Shown: piece by piece, positions 21,101 through 30,115 of the stretch
How positions within the stretch are numbered: the stretch's first letter is position 1
Layout of the letters: each line of letters starts with the position of its first letter
Virus record (IMG/VR): IMGVR_UViG_3300043540_000139
Span: 1-57,100 of that record
Length of the DNA: 57,100 nucleotides
Direction: 5' to 3' (one strand)
From: a virus
Lineage: Duplodnaviria; Caudoviricetes
Program-made: the position numbers and the translations under genes
Notes under the pieces: model-generated
What the model saw: only the letters and a program-made list of their open reading frames with translations
Databases searched by the model: none
What the model was told of the DNA's origin: nothing

Positions 21101-22111
21101 GATTTAGGTTATGATGGGTTTAGAGATTTTAAAGAAAAAGTTCCAATGTTTAATCATAAAGTAATTAAAATTGAATGGTTGGAAGAAAAAATTGATGTTG
21201 GAACAATTACTGTTGATGGGGATGAAATATATACAAACAATCATACATTTGCTTTAAGTGATGCTTTAAATGGCTGTGCTATTTACGTTAAAAATAGCAA
21301 CCTTAATGATATTGAAGATGTTGAATATGTAAAACAACAATTGATTACATCTTTGGGTGTTCCAAAAGCGTTCTTGCAATTTGAAGATGATTTAGAAGGC
21401 AAATCATCTGCGTCCAAAGTTGATATGAGGTTTGCAAGAACTATACAAAGAATACAAAAGATTATGATTTCTGAATTTACCAAGATTGCAATTTTGCATT
21501 TGTTCGCAAAAGAAAAATATGATGAAAATGAAATTTTTAATTTTGAATTAAAGATGCATAATCCTTCAGCAATTATGGAATTAGGTAAATTGGAAATTAT
21601 GGAGAAAAGATTTGATATTTATAATAAAGCAGTAAACGATTCTAAGGCAATCAGTATGACAAAAGCCAAAAAAGAAATCTTGAATATGACTGATGAAGAA
21701 TTGAAAGATGAACAAAAGCAATTGGAAGTAGATGCTAAATTCAGTGCCAAAGTTCAGAAGTTAGCCGATCCTACCCAACAAGAAAGTGGTGAACAACCAA
21801 CTGGTGGAAGTTCAACTGAAAGTAGTGGTGGAGAAGAACAGGACAAATTATCTGATATGTTAGATAGTTTAGAAGCAGATAGTTTAGGTGGAGAAGCAAA
21901 CCCATCAATTAAACAATCTGATAAAGGAGAGTTAAAAACTGGTTCTGATTATGATTTGGCTGGTGATTCATTAAACGGTAGTATTCAACCTAATCCCGAT
22001 AAAGATGTTTTATTTGAAAACATTTTTTCAAAGAACGGGAAATTAAAACTGGTTGATTTTTTGAAGCAAACCAAATTAGATAATGGAGATAATTCAGATG
22101 AGCAAGAGTAA
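18131..22111 (+). CDS. Portal protein (T4 gp20-like) with three inteins
   Basis: YDAMD..PIVSTALNVY|SDD, RTLCKYGD, VAHFRL..DDNFLPYGR|SVLE, LLEDAMLIYRISRAAEKRVF, IETLPGG|SNLNDIEDVEY, LGVPKAFL, DMRFARTIQRIQ. Spliced length 577 aa. Confidence 0.95.
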   Translation: MANFWDRLNNLVRRKITRRRVPTSVPYGQTGPGFYSSQVFGSKLATSIYEHNLQSTADRLARIRDYDAMDTTPIVSTALNVYCLRRGTKIPLLNGSVVKIEELLKLSNEELDGVYVYSYDIGNRKITSGKLLNAMQTGKNVEIWKLTLDDNTIVETTPEHKFMLRDGSYKMLKDLKENDFLMPFYTKLSKKEDVKHNNHKVKKIEFSCYDDVYDLTVEKYSNFAIVTDDKRNGIFVHNSDDASSYGEDGQVLTISCNNQKMLEDLEYLFYDILNVDFNIYHQIRTLCKYGDKFELLSIEKGKGVTGTIALPTAEIEREEAYDGDPTSVRFRWVAQIGAAYNEFQVAHFRLMGDDNFLPYGRCLKWDSYIETPTGFKMIKDIKIGDEVYSFDTKTEKKIITTVKNTVCSGKKQIYKIKSKNNELELSKEHNIMIWDEIENKFNYKNIYDLKIGDKIVINKQTITDNEIKQCKKYDKSNRLTDEYILTPIISIEKTDDFEDVYDIYIDEQNHNFFANGIVVHNSVLESGRGIWKKLQLLEDAMLIYRISRAAEKRVFQIEVGNIPFDQIENYIEQQRSKIKTETIINPSTGEIDLRYRVSALTDDYWLAKRGDMMSTIETLPGGCLALNTKIALLDGRNLELQEIIKEYEQGKQNWVYSCNPKTGEPCVAPISWAGITKRNTQVLKLTLDNNSELIVTPEHKMLKRSGEFISAEKLKVGDSLMPFVRKINSDNTWLDGYEKLYDNNSNKWVFTHRLVKEQFKNNLIKEFVFESKYQNAIKNVIHHKDFNKRNNNPSNLVMMNNFDHLKLHQEYCRNPFRRKAISSSLKYFWKNQPDEYKTEKKNQLVNGLQNKFKQNPEFKKKWYEKAGKTQSFTKKNNKEVNDKIIENNKLMWRNDEYKNKMINNNSTRWNNPEFRKNTSKKFSEIKKYKYDSVIHKYIVDAYKNGNDDGDKLAKWMNESEEFKNKFYELNPIAKHYTKEFKRGLVRKIICDLGYDGFRDFKEKVPMFNHKVIKIEWLEEKIDVGTITVDGDEIYTNNHTFALSDALNGCAIYVKNSNLNDIEDVEYVKQQLITSLGVPKAFLQFEDDLEGKSSASKVDMRFARTIQRIQKIMISEFTKIAILHLFAKEKYDENEIFNFELKMHNPSAIMELGKLEIMEKRFDIYNKAVNDSKAISMTKAKKEILNMTDEELKDEQKQLEVDAKFSAKVQKLADPTQQESGEQPTGGSSTESSGGEEQDKLSDMLDSLEADSLGGEANPSIKQSDKGELKTGSDYDLAGDSLNGSIQPNPDKDVLFENIFSKNGKLKLVDFLKQTKLDNGDNSDEQE
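18377..18844 (+). mobile_element. Portal mini-intein 1 (156 aa)
   Basis: CLRRGTKI...TTPEHKF...VYDLTV...IFVHN|S. Confidence 0.92.
19214..19693 (+). mobile_element. Portal mini-intein 2 (160 aa)
   Basis: CLKWDSYI...SKEHNI...VYDIYI..HNFFANGIVVHN|S. Confidence 0.92.
19997..21295 (+). mobile_element. Portal intein 3 (433 aa) with HNH endonuclease
   Basis: CLALNTKI...VTPEHK; HNH motif FTHRLV...VIHHKDFNKRNNNPSNL...H; ends IYVKN|S (Lys replaces the penultimate His). Confidence 0.88.
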
Positions 22112-23276
22112 TCTTGATATATTGAAAGAACTAACAAATCAGTTAGTTGAGAAAGATACTGAATTAAAAAAATCACAATTGAAATATTTTGAGATGTTTA
22201 ATTCGGTTGCCCATCCGATGATATTAATTGACAAAGAAACTACACAACCATTAGAAGTAAATGAAGAAGCGGTTGATGTTTATGGATACTCTAAAGAAGA
22301 GTTTATGAATATCACCAAAGGTCAAATTGTTGTTGATTTTGAAAATTTCCTTGATATTATAAAGAACAATAAACCTTATAGGATTGGATATGACAAAACA
22401 AAAGATGGTCATAAAATTCCAGTTGAAGTATATTATAGTTATTATAATTTAGATGGTAAAGATGTAGTAATTTGTTCAGTGATTGACATTAGTGATAAAA
22501 TTAATATCATTAGAGATTTAACTTTGAAAAATGAGTTATATAAAGGAATGATAGAAAATACGAATGAATTGATTGTTAGATCAGATATGCAGCAAAGAAT
22601 GACATTTATGAACGAAGCATTTTGTAAGTTGTATGGGATAAAAGTAGAAGATTATTTGGGAAAATCATTTATTTCGTTTGTTCATCCAGATGATTTACCA
22701 TTAACCAAAGCAAACATTGAAAAATTGAAACAACCACCACATAGAGTTCGTTATTCCCAAAGAGAAATGACAGTCAAAGGGTGGAGAGAAATTGAATGGG
22801 AAGTAACACTTATTTATGATTATGATAAACAACCATGTGAATTGCAGGCAGTAGGAAGAGATATAACAGATTATCTTGAAACAAGAAGAGAATTGTTGGC
22901 AAGGGAAGAAGAATTGCATATCAAAAATGAATATTTTGAGAAGTTATTGAAACTGTTCTGTTTCCCGGCATTTGTAACTGATTTGAATCATAAAATATTA
23001 GCATATAATTCCGAAGCTAAAAGATTTATTAATATTGAAAATCCTACTGGTGAATATTCCTATAAATTAATGATTCACAAAGAAGATAGAGAAAAATTTA
23101 AAGAAGATATAAAACAACATTATATAGATAAAGAAGAAGATTTAAAGAATAATTTGTTTGAAGGGTATTATAAAATGATAAATTCGGAAATAGGTCACAT
23201 CAAGATTACATCAGTTAGAAATTTGAAAAAAGAATTAGTGGCGTTAATTGGGACTGTTTCTTTTGGAGGAATTTAA
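22098..23276 (+). CDS. Multi-PAS/PAC sensor-like protein without output domain
   Basis: VNEEAVDVYGYSKEEF, KDGHKIPVEV, MNEAFCKLYG..EDYLGK..FVHPDD, AVGRDIT, and a third PAS-like segment. GGAG RBS before ATG 22098. No kinase or GGDEF motifs. Confidence 0.85.
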   Translation: MSKSNLDILKELTNQLVEKDTELKKSQLKYFEMFNSVAHPMILIDKETTQPLEVNEEAVDVYGYSKEEFMNITKGQIVVDFENFLDIIKNNKPYRIGYDKTKDGHKIPVEVYYSYYNLDGKDVVICSVIDISDKINIIRDLTLKNELYKGMIENTNELIVRSDMQQRMTFMNEAFCKLYGIKVEDYLGKSFISFVHPDDLPLTKANIEKLKQPPHRVRYSQREMTVKGWREIEWEVTLIYDYDKQPCELQAVGRDITDYLETRRELLAREEELHIKNEYFEKLLKLFCFPAFVTDLNHKILAYNSEAKRFINIENPTGEYSYKLMIHKEDREKFKEDIKQHYIDKEEDLKNNLFEGYYKMINSEIGHIKITSVRNLKKELVALIGTVSFGGI

Positions 23277-23277
23277 G

Positions 23278-23514
23278 ATGCAAGACAGTGGAAATAAAAC
23301 AACAAACGGGTGGAATGAATGGAGTAAATATGTTCTCAAAGAACTTGAAAGATTAAACGACAATTACGAGGCTTTACAGAAAGATTTTACTCAACAGATT
23401 CAAGAAGTGAAAATTGAAATTGCAACTCTTAAAGTCAAGGCAGGTGTTTGGGGTTTGATAGCTGGAGCAATTCCGGTTGCTATTGCATTAATAATTTATA
23501 TTCTTAAATTGTAG
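23278..23514 (+). CDS. Small coiled-coil protein with C-terminal TM (XhlA/holin-like)
   Basis: NGWNEWSKYVLKELERL...LKVKAGVWGLIAGAIPVAIALIIYIL; GGAGG RBS. Confidence 0.65.
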   Translation: MQDSGNKTTNGWNEWSKYVLKELERLNDNYEALQKDFTQQIQEVKIEIATLKVKAGVWGLIAGAIPVAIALIIYILKL

Positions 23515-23560
23515 TAACAAAAATAGTTTCTTAAAACAATATAAACAAGAGGATAAAATA

Positions 23561-24418
23561 ATGAAACACAGTAAATTTTTGAATTCCGGTCTTATTGATT
23601 ATGCTTACCAAAAACAATTGATTAGTGAAATTATTGCTGGTAGTGATTATAAGCCAATGATTACAGGTTATATCGCCGCATTGAAGAAACTAAATTTGGT
23701 AAAAGAAGAAATTGATATCTTCAATCAATTAACGGATACTTATATTACTGATAAAAATTTAACTTATAAATTCATATCAGAAATAAAAGGTGATATCAAA
23801 AATAAATTAAAAGACGCTGATTCATTAAACAAACAAAGACAAATGTTTTATGAAGAAGTCAGAAAGATTATGCCTAATATTCAGAAAGCACTTAATGATG
23901 ATATTCCAAGATATAAATTCTATGCTTCCATTAAGAATTTTGTTGATGACTCTTTATTGTCAACTTTGAATGCCAAAGAAAGAACTATAATTAGTGAAAA
24001 CATTTCTGAAAATCTTATGAAGAATACACAATTGGTTGAAAATGTAAGGGATATGAGAGATGCTAATGATATGCCGAAACAAGCAGATCCATTGGTTGTT
24101 AGTGTTATGATTAAAGAATTCTGTAACAAATGGAAAAAAACTCTTTCTCCAACACAATACAAATATCTTGTTGAATATACGACAAACGGAAGAACCATTA
24201 ATAAGGATTGGTTAGAAAAACTTAAAAGAGAATTTAAATCAATTAACTATAAACTTATTAAGGATAGTGCTTCCAGAAAGAAAGTTGCTCATTTCTTAAC
24301 AGTATTGAATAACAAGAAGACTGCCATTGCAGAAGACATATTACAGTATGCTGAAGTATTAGATACCATTAATGAGGTTACAATTCCGGAAGGATCAAAG
24401 CCAGAAGTCATTAAATAA
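23561..24418 (+). CDS. Conserved head-module protein (KHSK..N.G.I family)
   Basis: MKHSKFLNSGLI start and YKFYASI motif; from recollection, similar genes follow the portal in large T4-like phages. Confidence 0.6.
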   Translation: MKHSKFLNSGLIDYAYQKQLISEIIAGSDYKPMITGYIAALKKLNLVKEEIDIFNQLTDTYITDKNLTYKFISEIKGDIKNKLKDADSLNKQRQMFYEEVRKIMPNIQKALNDDIPRYKFYASIKNFVDDSLLSTLNAKERTIISENISENLMKNTQLVENVRDMRDANDMPKQADPLVVSVMIKEFCNKWKKTLSPTQYKYLVEYTTNGRTINKDWLEKLKREFKSINYKLIKDSASRKKVAHFLTVLNNKKTAIAEDILQYAEVLDTINEVTIPEGSKPEVIK

Positions 24419-24618
24419 GATGATGAAATCTTTGATTGAAATATTGTTTGAAGATGAACTTACTCCCCAAGAGAAGCAGAAAAAAAACAGTTGAGTCAAT
24501 ATAACAAAATTATAATGAAACAACCGAAAACAGCTCATCATTGGGAAATTATGATGAAAAAATATGCAGTAAAAAAAGGTTATAATTTTTATTATGGTAG
24601 ATAAATGGAGACAAATAA

Positions 24619-25029
24619 ATGAATACTTTAGTTGATTTTTTTAAAGACAAAAATATAAACGAAGATGATGAATATTGGAAAGAAGAATTCTTTCCAGAAG
24701 ACAAAGACGATGATGATGATGATGATGATAAAAAAAACGAATGTGATGAATGTATTGAAACATTGGATAGATCTGTGATTGAACAGAATACCACAACATC
24801 TGCTGGTTCATTTGGGTATATGATGCCGTTTGGTGCAAAAAGACCAGGTGTAACCGATTATATGGAAAAATATGATTTATTAGATGACCCAGAAGAAAAA
24901 GAAAAGATAAAGAATTTGGATAAAGGACCTAACCCTGATAGAACATATAAAAAACTTGATTGGGATAAGTTGGATAAGAAACACAATGAAAATGCAATTA
25001 TTTCTTTGAAATTACATAATATGTTTTAA
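24619..25029 (+). CDS. Acidic hypothetical protein, possible head protein
   Basis: Poly-Asp tract, EQNTTTSAGSFGYMMPF and GPNPDRTY motifs. Confidence 0.55.
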   Translation: MNTLVDFFKDKNINEDDEYWKEEFFPEDKDDDDDDDDKKNECDECIETLDRSVIEQNTTTSAGSFGYMMPFGAKRPGVTDYMEKYDLLDDPEEKEKIKNLDKGPNPDRTYKKLDWDKLDKKHNENAIISLKLHNMF

Positions 25030-25048
25030 TAATAATATTTTGAGGAAT

Positions 25049-25882
25049 ATGAAAATTATAACCGAAGCAGCTATTCCGCAACCAGCAAGAATTATGTTGG
25101 TAAAAAATAGAGTAACCAAAGCCGGTAAAATGGCAATGGAAGAACTGTTTCCAGAAAGTTTTAAAACACATAAAGATGCAACTAAAAGGGCAAAGGAATA
25201 TGTTAAGACCAGAACACAAACAGATTACAGAACTGATACGAAACAAATTGATACTGAAAACTATGGAAGATTGATAATTGTATTCACACAGTTTTATTGG
25301 TATAAAGGAGATAGTCCTGAAATTACAACCTTATCTTTTACATTGAAGGGAAGTGATGTTATTGATGTTTATGATTATATAGTTGATACAAAAGTCTTTT
25401 CACAAGAAATGACTTCAAAATATAAAATCAAAGTTAAACCAAAAGTATCAATTCCTATTTCATCCAACAACACAGAAGAACAAAAAAAATACCCAAGACT
25501 TGTTGAAATTGGAAAAATAGCAAGTAATTATTTTCGTAGTCTTCCGGTTATAGAAGACGAACCACCACAGGGATATGGCAATTCAATGTCATATTTGACT
25601 TCTAAAGCAGACCAAGAAAGGTTATATGATTATCAGTTTTTTGAATGGAATCAATTTTTTGAAGCAGAACATTTTGCAAAAAAATATTTTATTCAAGGAT
25701 ATGATGTGTATATTGGAAAAACATCATTGAAAAGCAATTCGGTTATGTTGTATGTATTGAAAGCATTAAAACCAGAACCTATTCCTATTTTTAAGAAAAA
25801 ATATTTCTTTATGCCAAGTATTCCAATTCCTGTTTGGGGTAAAGAAGATATTGGTAAAGTAGGTTATATTAACGGAGAATAA
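25049..25882 (+). CDS. Hypothetical protein
   Basis: GAGG RBS before ATG 25049; starts MKIITE. Confidence 0.6.
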   Translation: MKIITEAAIPQPARIMLVKNRVTKAGKMAMEELFPESFKTHKDATKRAKEYVKTRTQTDYRTDTKQIDTENYGRLIIVFTQFYWYKGDSPEITTLSFTLKGSDVIDVYDYIVDTKVFSQEMTSKYKIKVKPKVSIPISSNNTEEQKKYPRLVEIGKIASNYFRSLPVIEDEPPQGYGNSMSYLTSKADQERLYDYQFFEWNQFFEAEHFAKKYFIQGYDVYIGKTSLKSNSVMLYVLKALKPEPIPIFKKKYFFMPSIPIPVWGKEDIGKVGYINGE

Positions 25883-25952
25883 TAAAATATGGAAACATTA
25901 ATATCAATATATAATAAAATCATAAATGAGGGTGATACCAAATTAAAATAAC

Positions 25953-26162
25953 TTGCAAAAACAATGTATTTCAATTGGACATTTTGGAAGAAAACATACT
26001 GCTGAAACAAAATTAATAATAAAATTAAAAACTATAGGACATAAACGAAATTTGGGAAACAATCATTCAGAAGAAACAAAGCAAAAGATGAGATTGGTAA
26101 AAATTGGTTATATTCCTTGGAATAAAGGTTTAAAAATGAAAAAACGTGCAATCACTAATTAA
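25953..26162 (+). pseudogene. NUMOD3-motif remnant of a homing endonuclease
   Basis: GRKHTAETKLII, GNNHSEETKQKM and PWNKG, with no nuclease domain. Confidence 0.7.
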
Positions 26163-26831
26163 TATAATAAAAGAAATTAAACAGAAATGGGAAGATAGTT
26201 TTATTCCTCCAAAAGACCAAAAATGGAATAATACAGATAATTCCAAATCAAATAATTATGGTTTTAAATATTGTTCTTATATGAATGACACTCCGCAAAA
26301 TAGAAGTAACATGGATTTTTTATTAAAACATGGACCAAATCCAGATAGAACTTATGATGATTATAAATTTCCTTGGGAAGATGATGAAGAAAAAAATGAA
26401 GAAATGGTAATGAAAGAAAAACTGAAGGAAGCAATAATAAAAATGTTAAAAGAAGAAATAGTTGTAAAAAGACAACCTAATGATAGATATACTTGTCCAT
26501 ATTGTAATAAAACAGATATATCTAAAAATTCACTTGGTATGCACATATTACATTGTCCGGGAAAGAAAAATTCTATTGCAAAAAAAATAAATTAAAAACA
26601 GTATCAAAACAAACCAAACCTATAAAAGTTGCAAAAGTAGGTAAATCTGGAACATATACTGAAGGATTTAAAGTAGGTGAAACAGTAATGGTTAATTTAG
26701 ATGATAATTCAAAACAAAAAAAAGGTGTTATCATTTCTTTTGATCCAGAAGATGATGTTGCTGGATATATTAGTATTGGAGGTGTTGAATATAAAACAAA
26801 CTTTTCTTGGGTTGAAAAAATAAAAAAGTAA
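26146..26831 (+). CDS. Hypothetical protein with C2HC zinc finger, split at an A8 run
   Basis: CPYC...H...C finger. One extra A at 26580-26587 joins ORF 26146-26595 to ORF 26553-26831. Confidence 0.5.
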
Positions 26832-26929
26832 GATATAACTAAAAATTACGAATTTTTGAATAATATTTATGTATAGAAGAATGTTTTGTTGTTTTATTAT
26901 AAAAACAACAGTTTCTATAAGGATAAATT

Positions 26930-27250
26930 ATGAAAATATTGATAAACAATATAAAGAATCATAAATATTTTGATTTAAAATATATAAATAACTTGTGTGT
27001 AGAAGTCAATAAGAATACCAAACTTATTGAATTTTCTCCCGTCAAAGTTGATAGTTCTGAATATGGTTTAAGATATGTTACCATTAGAACAAAATATAAA
27101 GATTCCAAAAATAATTCTTCTTGTAAACTTATTTTATCTGAAAACAGTAAAGGTGAACTTAAAGTCTATTCAAGAAAAGGATTTATAATTTCCTTTATTC
27201 CAGATATTGAATTGTTTCAAAGAATATTAAATAAAAAGGTAGGACAGTAA
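26930..27250 (+). CDS. Hypothetical protein
   Basis: 106 aa with AAGGA RBS. Confidence 0.55.
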   Translation: MKILINNIKNHKYFDLKYINNLCVEVNKNTKLIEFSPVKVDSSEYGLRYVTIRTKYKDSKNNSSCKLILSENSKGELKVYSRKGFIISFIPDIELFQRILNKKVGQ

Positions 27251-27362
27251 AATATTATGGTTAAGAAAATAAATAATATCAAAGATAAAAAAGGAAATTT
27301 ATATTTTACTGTTGTTGATGATGGTTCAATAAAACCAAACGTTAATAAAGGAGAACAAAAAA

Positions 27363-27875
27363 ATGATTAAATTAACAAAATCTTATTTAAAACAATTGAT
27401 TAGAGAAGCATTTCACGAAAAAGAAATTGCTGCTAAATACAAATTGGAAAGTAGAAAAGAAATTGCAATTTTTTCTGATAAATTTTATAAAAGATATAAA
27501 TTGAAACTTCATAATCTCAGACCTTTGAAATCAAATTCATTTTTGGATGTTGGTAGGGCTTCATATGATAGTTACTTTACCGAAACATTTAAACCACCAT
27601 TAGAAATAATTTATAAGAATACAAGATATAAAGAAGTAAGAGGTTCTTCTATTATTTTAAATACTAATGTAAATATAAACGGAATTACCGAACCTGATTA
27701 TATTCGCAAAATATACACAATCAGTTATGAATTAAAAGGTATAGTAAAAACAAAGAAACAAACAATTTTACACTTTTTTGATTATGGTAAAACAATAGAT
27801 GAAATATTTAATAAATTTGACAAATTCATAAATGAACAATACAGACCACTTATAGATCATGTTTCAAATTTATAG
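27363..27875 (+). CDS. Leader-bearing putative internal head protein
   Basis: MIKLTKSYLKQLIREAFHE start; AGGAG RBS. Confidence 0.65.
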   Translation: MIKLTKSYLKQLIREAFHEKEIAAKYKLESRKEIAIFSDKFYKRYKLKLHNLRPLKSNSFLDVGRASYDSYFTETFKPPLEIIYKNTRYKEVRGSSIILNTNVNINGITEPDYIRKIYTISYELKGIVKTKKQTILHFFDYGKTIDEIFNKFDKFINEQYRPLIDHVSNL

Positions 27876-28182
27876 AATCTTTGGAAACAAGAGTAGTTAT
27901 ATGCTTGATGCAAACAAAAAAATAAAAACACATAAAATAAAAGAATGGAGTAACAAAATGAAAGCAAGACAAATGCCAGATGGTTGGAACGAAAAAATAA
28001 GTCAAATATCAAGTAAACCGAAATCAGAAACACACCAAAAAAATATTGGTGTTTCCACAAAAAGGCATTGGCAAGATGATAATTTTAGAAATAAAATTAC
28101 AGAAACAAGAAAGGTTACTGTGAAGAAAAAGTGGAAAAATTTTCCTAACCAATATCAAAAAGGAGAGTTATATGAACAATAA
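27859..28182 (+). pseudogene. NUMOD3-like homing endonuclease remnant
   Basis: KPKSETHQKNIGVSTKRHWQDDNFRNKI basic repeats; directly upstream of the protease gene. Confidence 0.5.
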
Positions 28183-29905
28183 TAATTTAATGCTTTTGAA
28201 AGAATACCGTATTTTGCAAACCAAAAATAATTTTATAGTTGAACATGTAGAAGAAGGATACGAAAAAATAATATTAAAAGGTAAATTGCAAGAAGCAGAA
28301 GCAATGAATCATAATGAAAGATGGTATCCAATGCCTATTCTTGAAAGAGAAATAGAAAATTTCAAACAACTTATTAGGGAAAATAGGTCTCTGGGTGAGT
28401 GTGTTACTCCTGATACAGAAGTGCTTACAATTAACGGTTGGAAACCAATAACTAATGTTGAAGTTGGAGAAAAAATATTTACTTTAAATTTAGATACAAA
28501 CGAAATCCAAATTCAAGAAAATGAAATTGTAACCGAAAGAGAACATAAAGAAGATATGATACATATTTATAATAATTCTTCATTAGATATGATGTTAACT
28601 CCAAAACACCAAGTTGTATTGTGGGATAGATATAATAGAAGTTATATTTTGACAGCACAAGAATTGATGGAAAAAATAAATTCAAATGATTCAAAAGTTA
28701 ATCATTCTTATATCAAAAAAGGTGGCGATTGGATTGGTGAAACACCAAGTGAATTTATAATTCCAAATTCTGAATTTAAAATTAAGCCAGAATTGTGGGT
28801 AGCTTTTCTTGGACTTTATTTGACAGAAGGATATTCTTATGAAACAAATTCAAAAGATTGCAATAAAAAAATAGTTGTTATCACACAAAAAGAACAAGAA
28901 GAAAAAGATATGATAAGAAGTTTGATTGAAGAAATTGGATTTGAATATACTGAATATATAAGAGAAAATGGTGAAACATCGGATTTTTATATTTACCAAG
29001 ATGAACTATATGAATATTTGTTAACACTTGGAAACTCAAAAGAAAAATATATTCCAAATGAAATAAAAAATTGGAATAAAAATTTATTATCAATAATGCT
29101 TGATTGGATGTTGATTGGTGATGGTAGAAATAGGCATAATTATAAAAATGAATCATTAAAAAAATATACAACAATATCAAAAAAACTTGCAGAAGATGTA
29201 TTAGAAATTATGATTAAACTTGGCAATGGTGGTTCTATAAGAACATATCAACCACAAGATAGATATATTGGCGATAGATTAATAGAAGGAACAAATAGCA
29301 ACTTACAATATACAGTATATTATAATACATCAAAAGGAATCTATCTTGATAGTAGGTTTGTAAAAGCAGAATCGGTTCCTTATAATGGAAATGTATATTG
29401 TGTTACAGTTCCGAATAAAACTTGGTTGATGAAATATAATAATAAAATTAATTGGACACATAATTGTGACCATCCGGATAATGCAATAGTCAATCTTGCA
29501 AATGTATCACATATTATTCGTGAATTATGGTGGAAAGGAAAAGAAGTTTGGGGTAGAATTGAATTACTGAATGGTCCAGACCCATACGGAACACCTTCGG
29601 GTAGAATATTAGAATCTTTGGTAAGACGTGGTGTTACACTTGGTATTTCTTCCAGAGGTATTGGAAGCACTAAAACTGACAGCGAAGGTAGAGAAATAGT
29701 GCAACCAGATTATCAACTTATTACTTGGGATTTTGTTTCCAATCCATCTACACATAATGCATTTATGTTGAAAGAAAATAGAACATATAAAACAAGTAGA
29801 AGTTTGACAACCGAAGAAAGAAATAAACTTAAATATGAAAAATTAAATAATGTTCTCAATACAACTTTAAGATATGAAAAAGATACTGGTATTTTTATAT
29901 TTTAA
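28172..29905 (+). CDS. Prohead core protease (T4 gp21-like) with intein
   Basis: LQEAEAMNHNERWYP, spliced LGE|CDHP, VSHII, TPSGRIL, catalytic GISSRGIGS, WDFVSNPSTHNA. Spliced length 222 aa. Confidence 0.95.
   Translation: MNNNNLMLLKEYRILQTKNNFIVEHVEEGYEKIILKGKLQEAEAMNHNERWYPMPILEREIENFKQLIRENRSLGECVTPDTEVLTINGWKPITNVEVGEKIFTLNLDTNEIQIQENEIVTEREHKEDMIHIYNNSSLDMMLTPKHQVVLWDRYNRSYILTAQELMEKINSNDSKVNHSYIKKGGDWIGETPSEFIIPNSEFKIKPELWVAFLGLYLTEGYSYETNSKDCNKKIVVITQKEQEEKDMIRSLIEEIGFEYTEYIRENGETSDFYIYQDELYEYLLTLGNSKEKYIPNEIKNWNKNLLSIMLDWMLIGDGRNRHNYKNESLKKYTTISKKLAEDVLEIMIKLGNGGSIRTYQPQDRYIGDRLIEGTNSNLQYTVYYNTSKGIYLDSRFVKAESVPYNGNVYCVTVPNKTWLMKYNNKINWTHNCDHPDNAIVNLANVSHIIRELWWKGKEVWGRIELLNGPDPYGTPSGRILESLVRRGVTLGISSRGIGSTKTDSEGREIVQPDYQLITWDFVSNPSTHNAFMLKENRTYKTSRSLTTEERNKLKYEKLNNVLNTTLRYEKDTGIFIF
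28400..29464 (+). mobile_element. Intein (355 aa) with LAGLIDADG endonuclease in the prohead protease
   Basis: CVTPDTEVLT, LTPKH, FLGLYLTEG, MLIGDG, VYCVTV...WTHN|C. Confidence 0.92.
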
Positions 29906-29925
29906 AATAATTGGAAAAAGATAAA

Positions 29926-30111
29926 ATGAAATTAACAGATAAATATTTGAAGCAATTGATAATTGAAGTAATCAATGAAGAAAAGGAAAATGGAAAGATT
30001 ACTATTGATAAAAACCACAATATTTTTATTGATGGTAAATTAGTTTATAAAGCAATTTCTGTAAATGCGAAAGGAGATAAAACAGAAATTAATTATCAAA
30101 AGGTAGGATAA
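29926..30111 (+). CDS. Leader-bearing small protein
   Basis: MKLTDKYLKQLIIEVINEE. Confidence 0.6.
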   Translation: MKLTDKYLKQLIIEVINEEKENGKITIDKNHNIFIDGKLVYKAISVNAKGDKTEINYQKVG

Positions 30112-30115
30112 AAAT

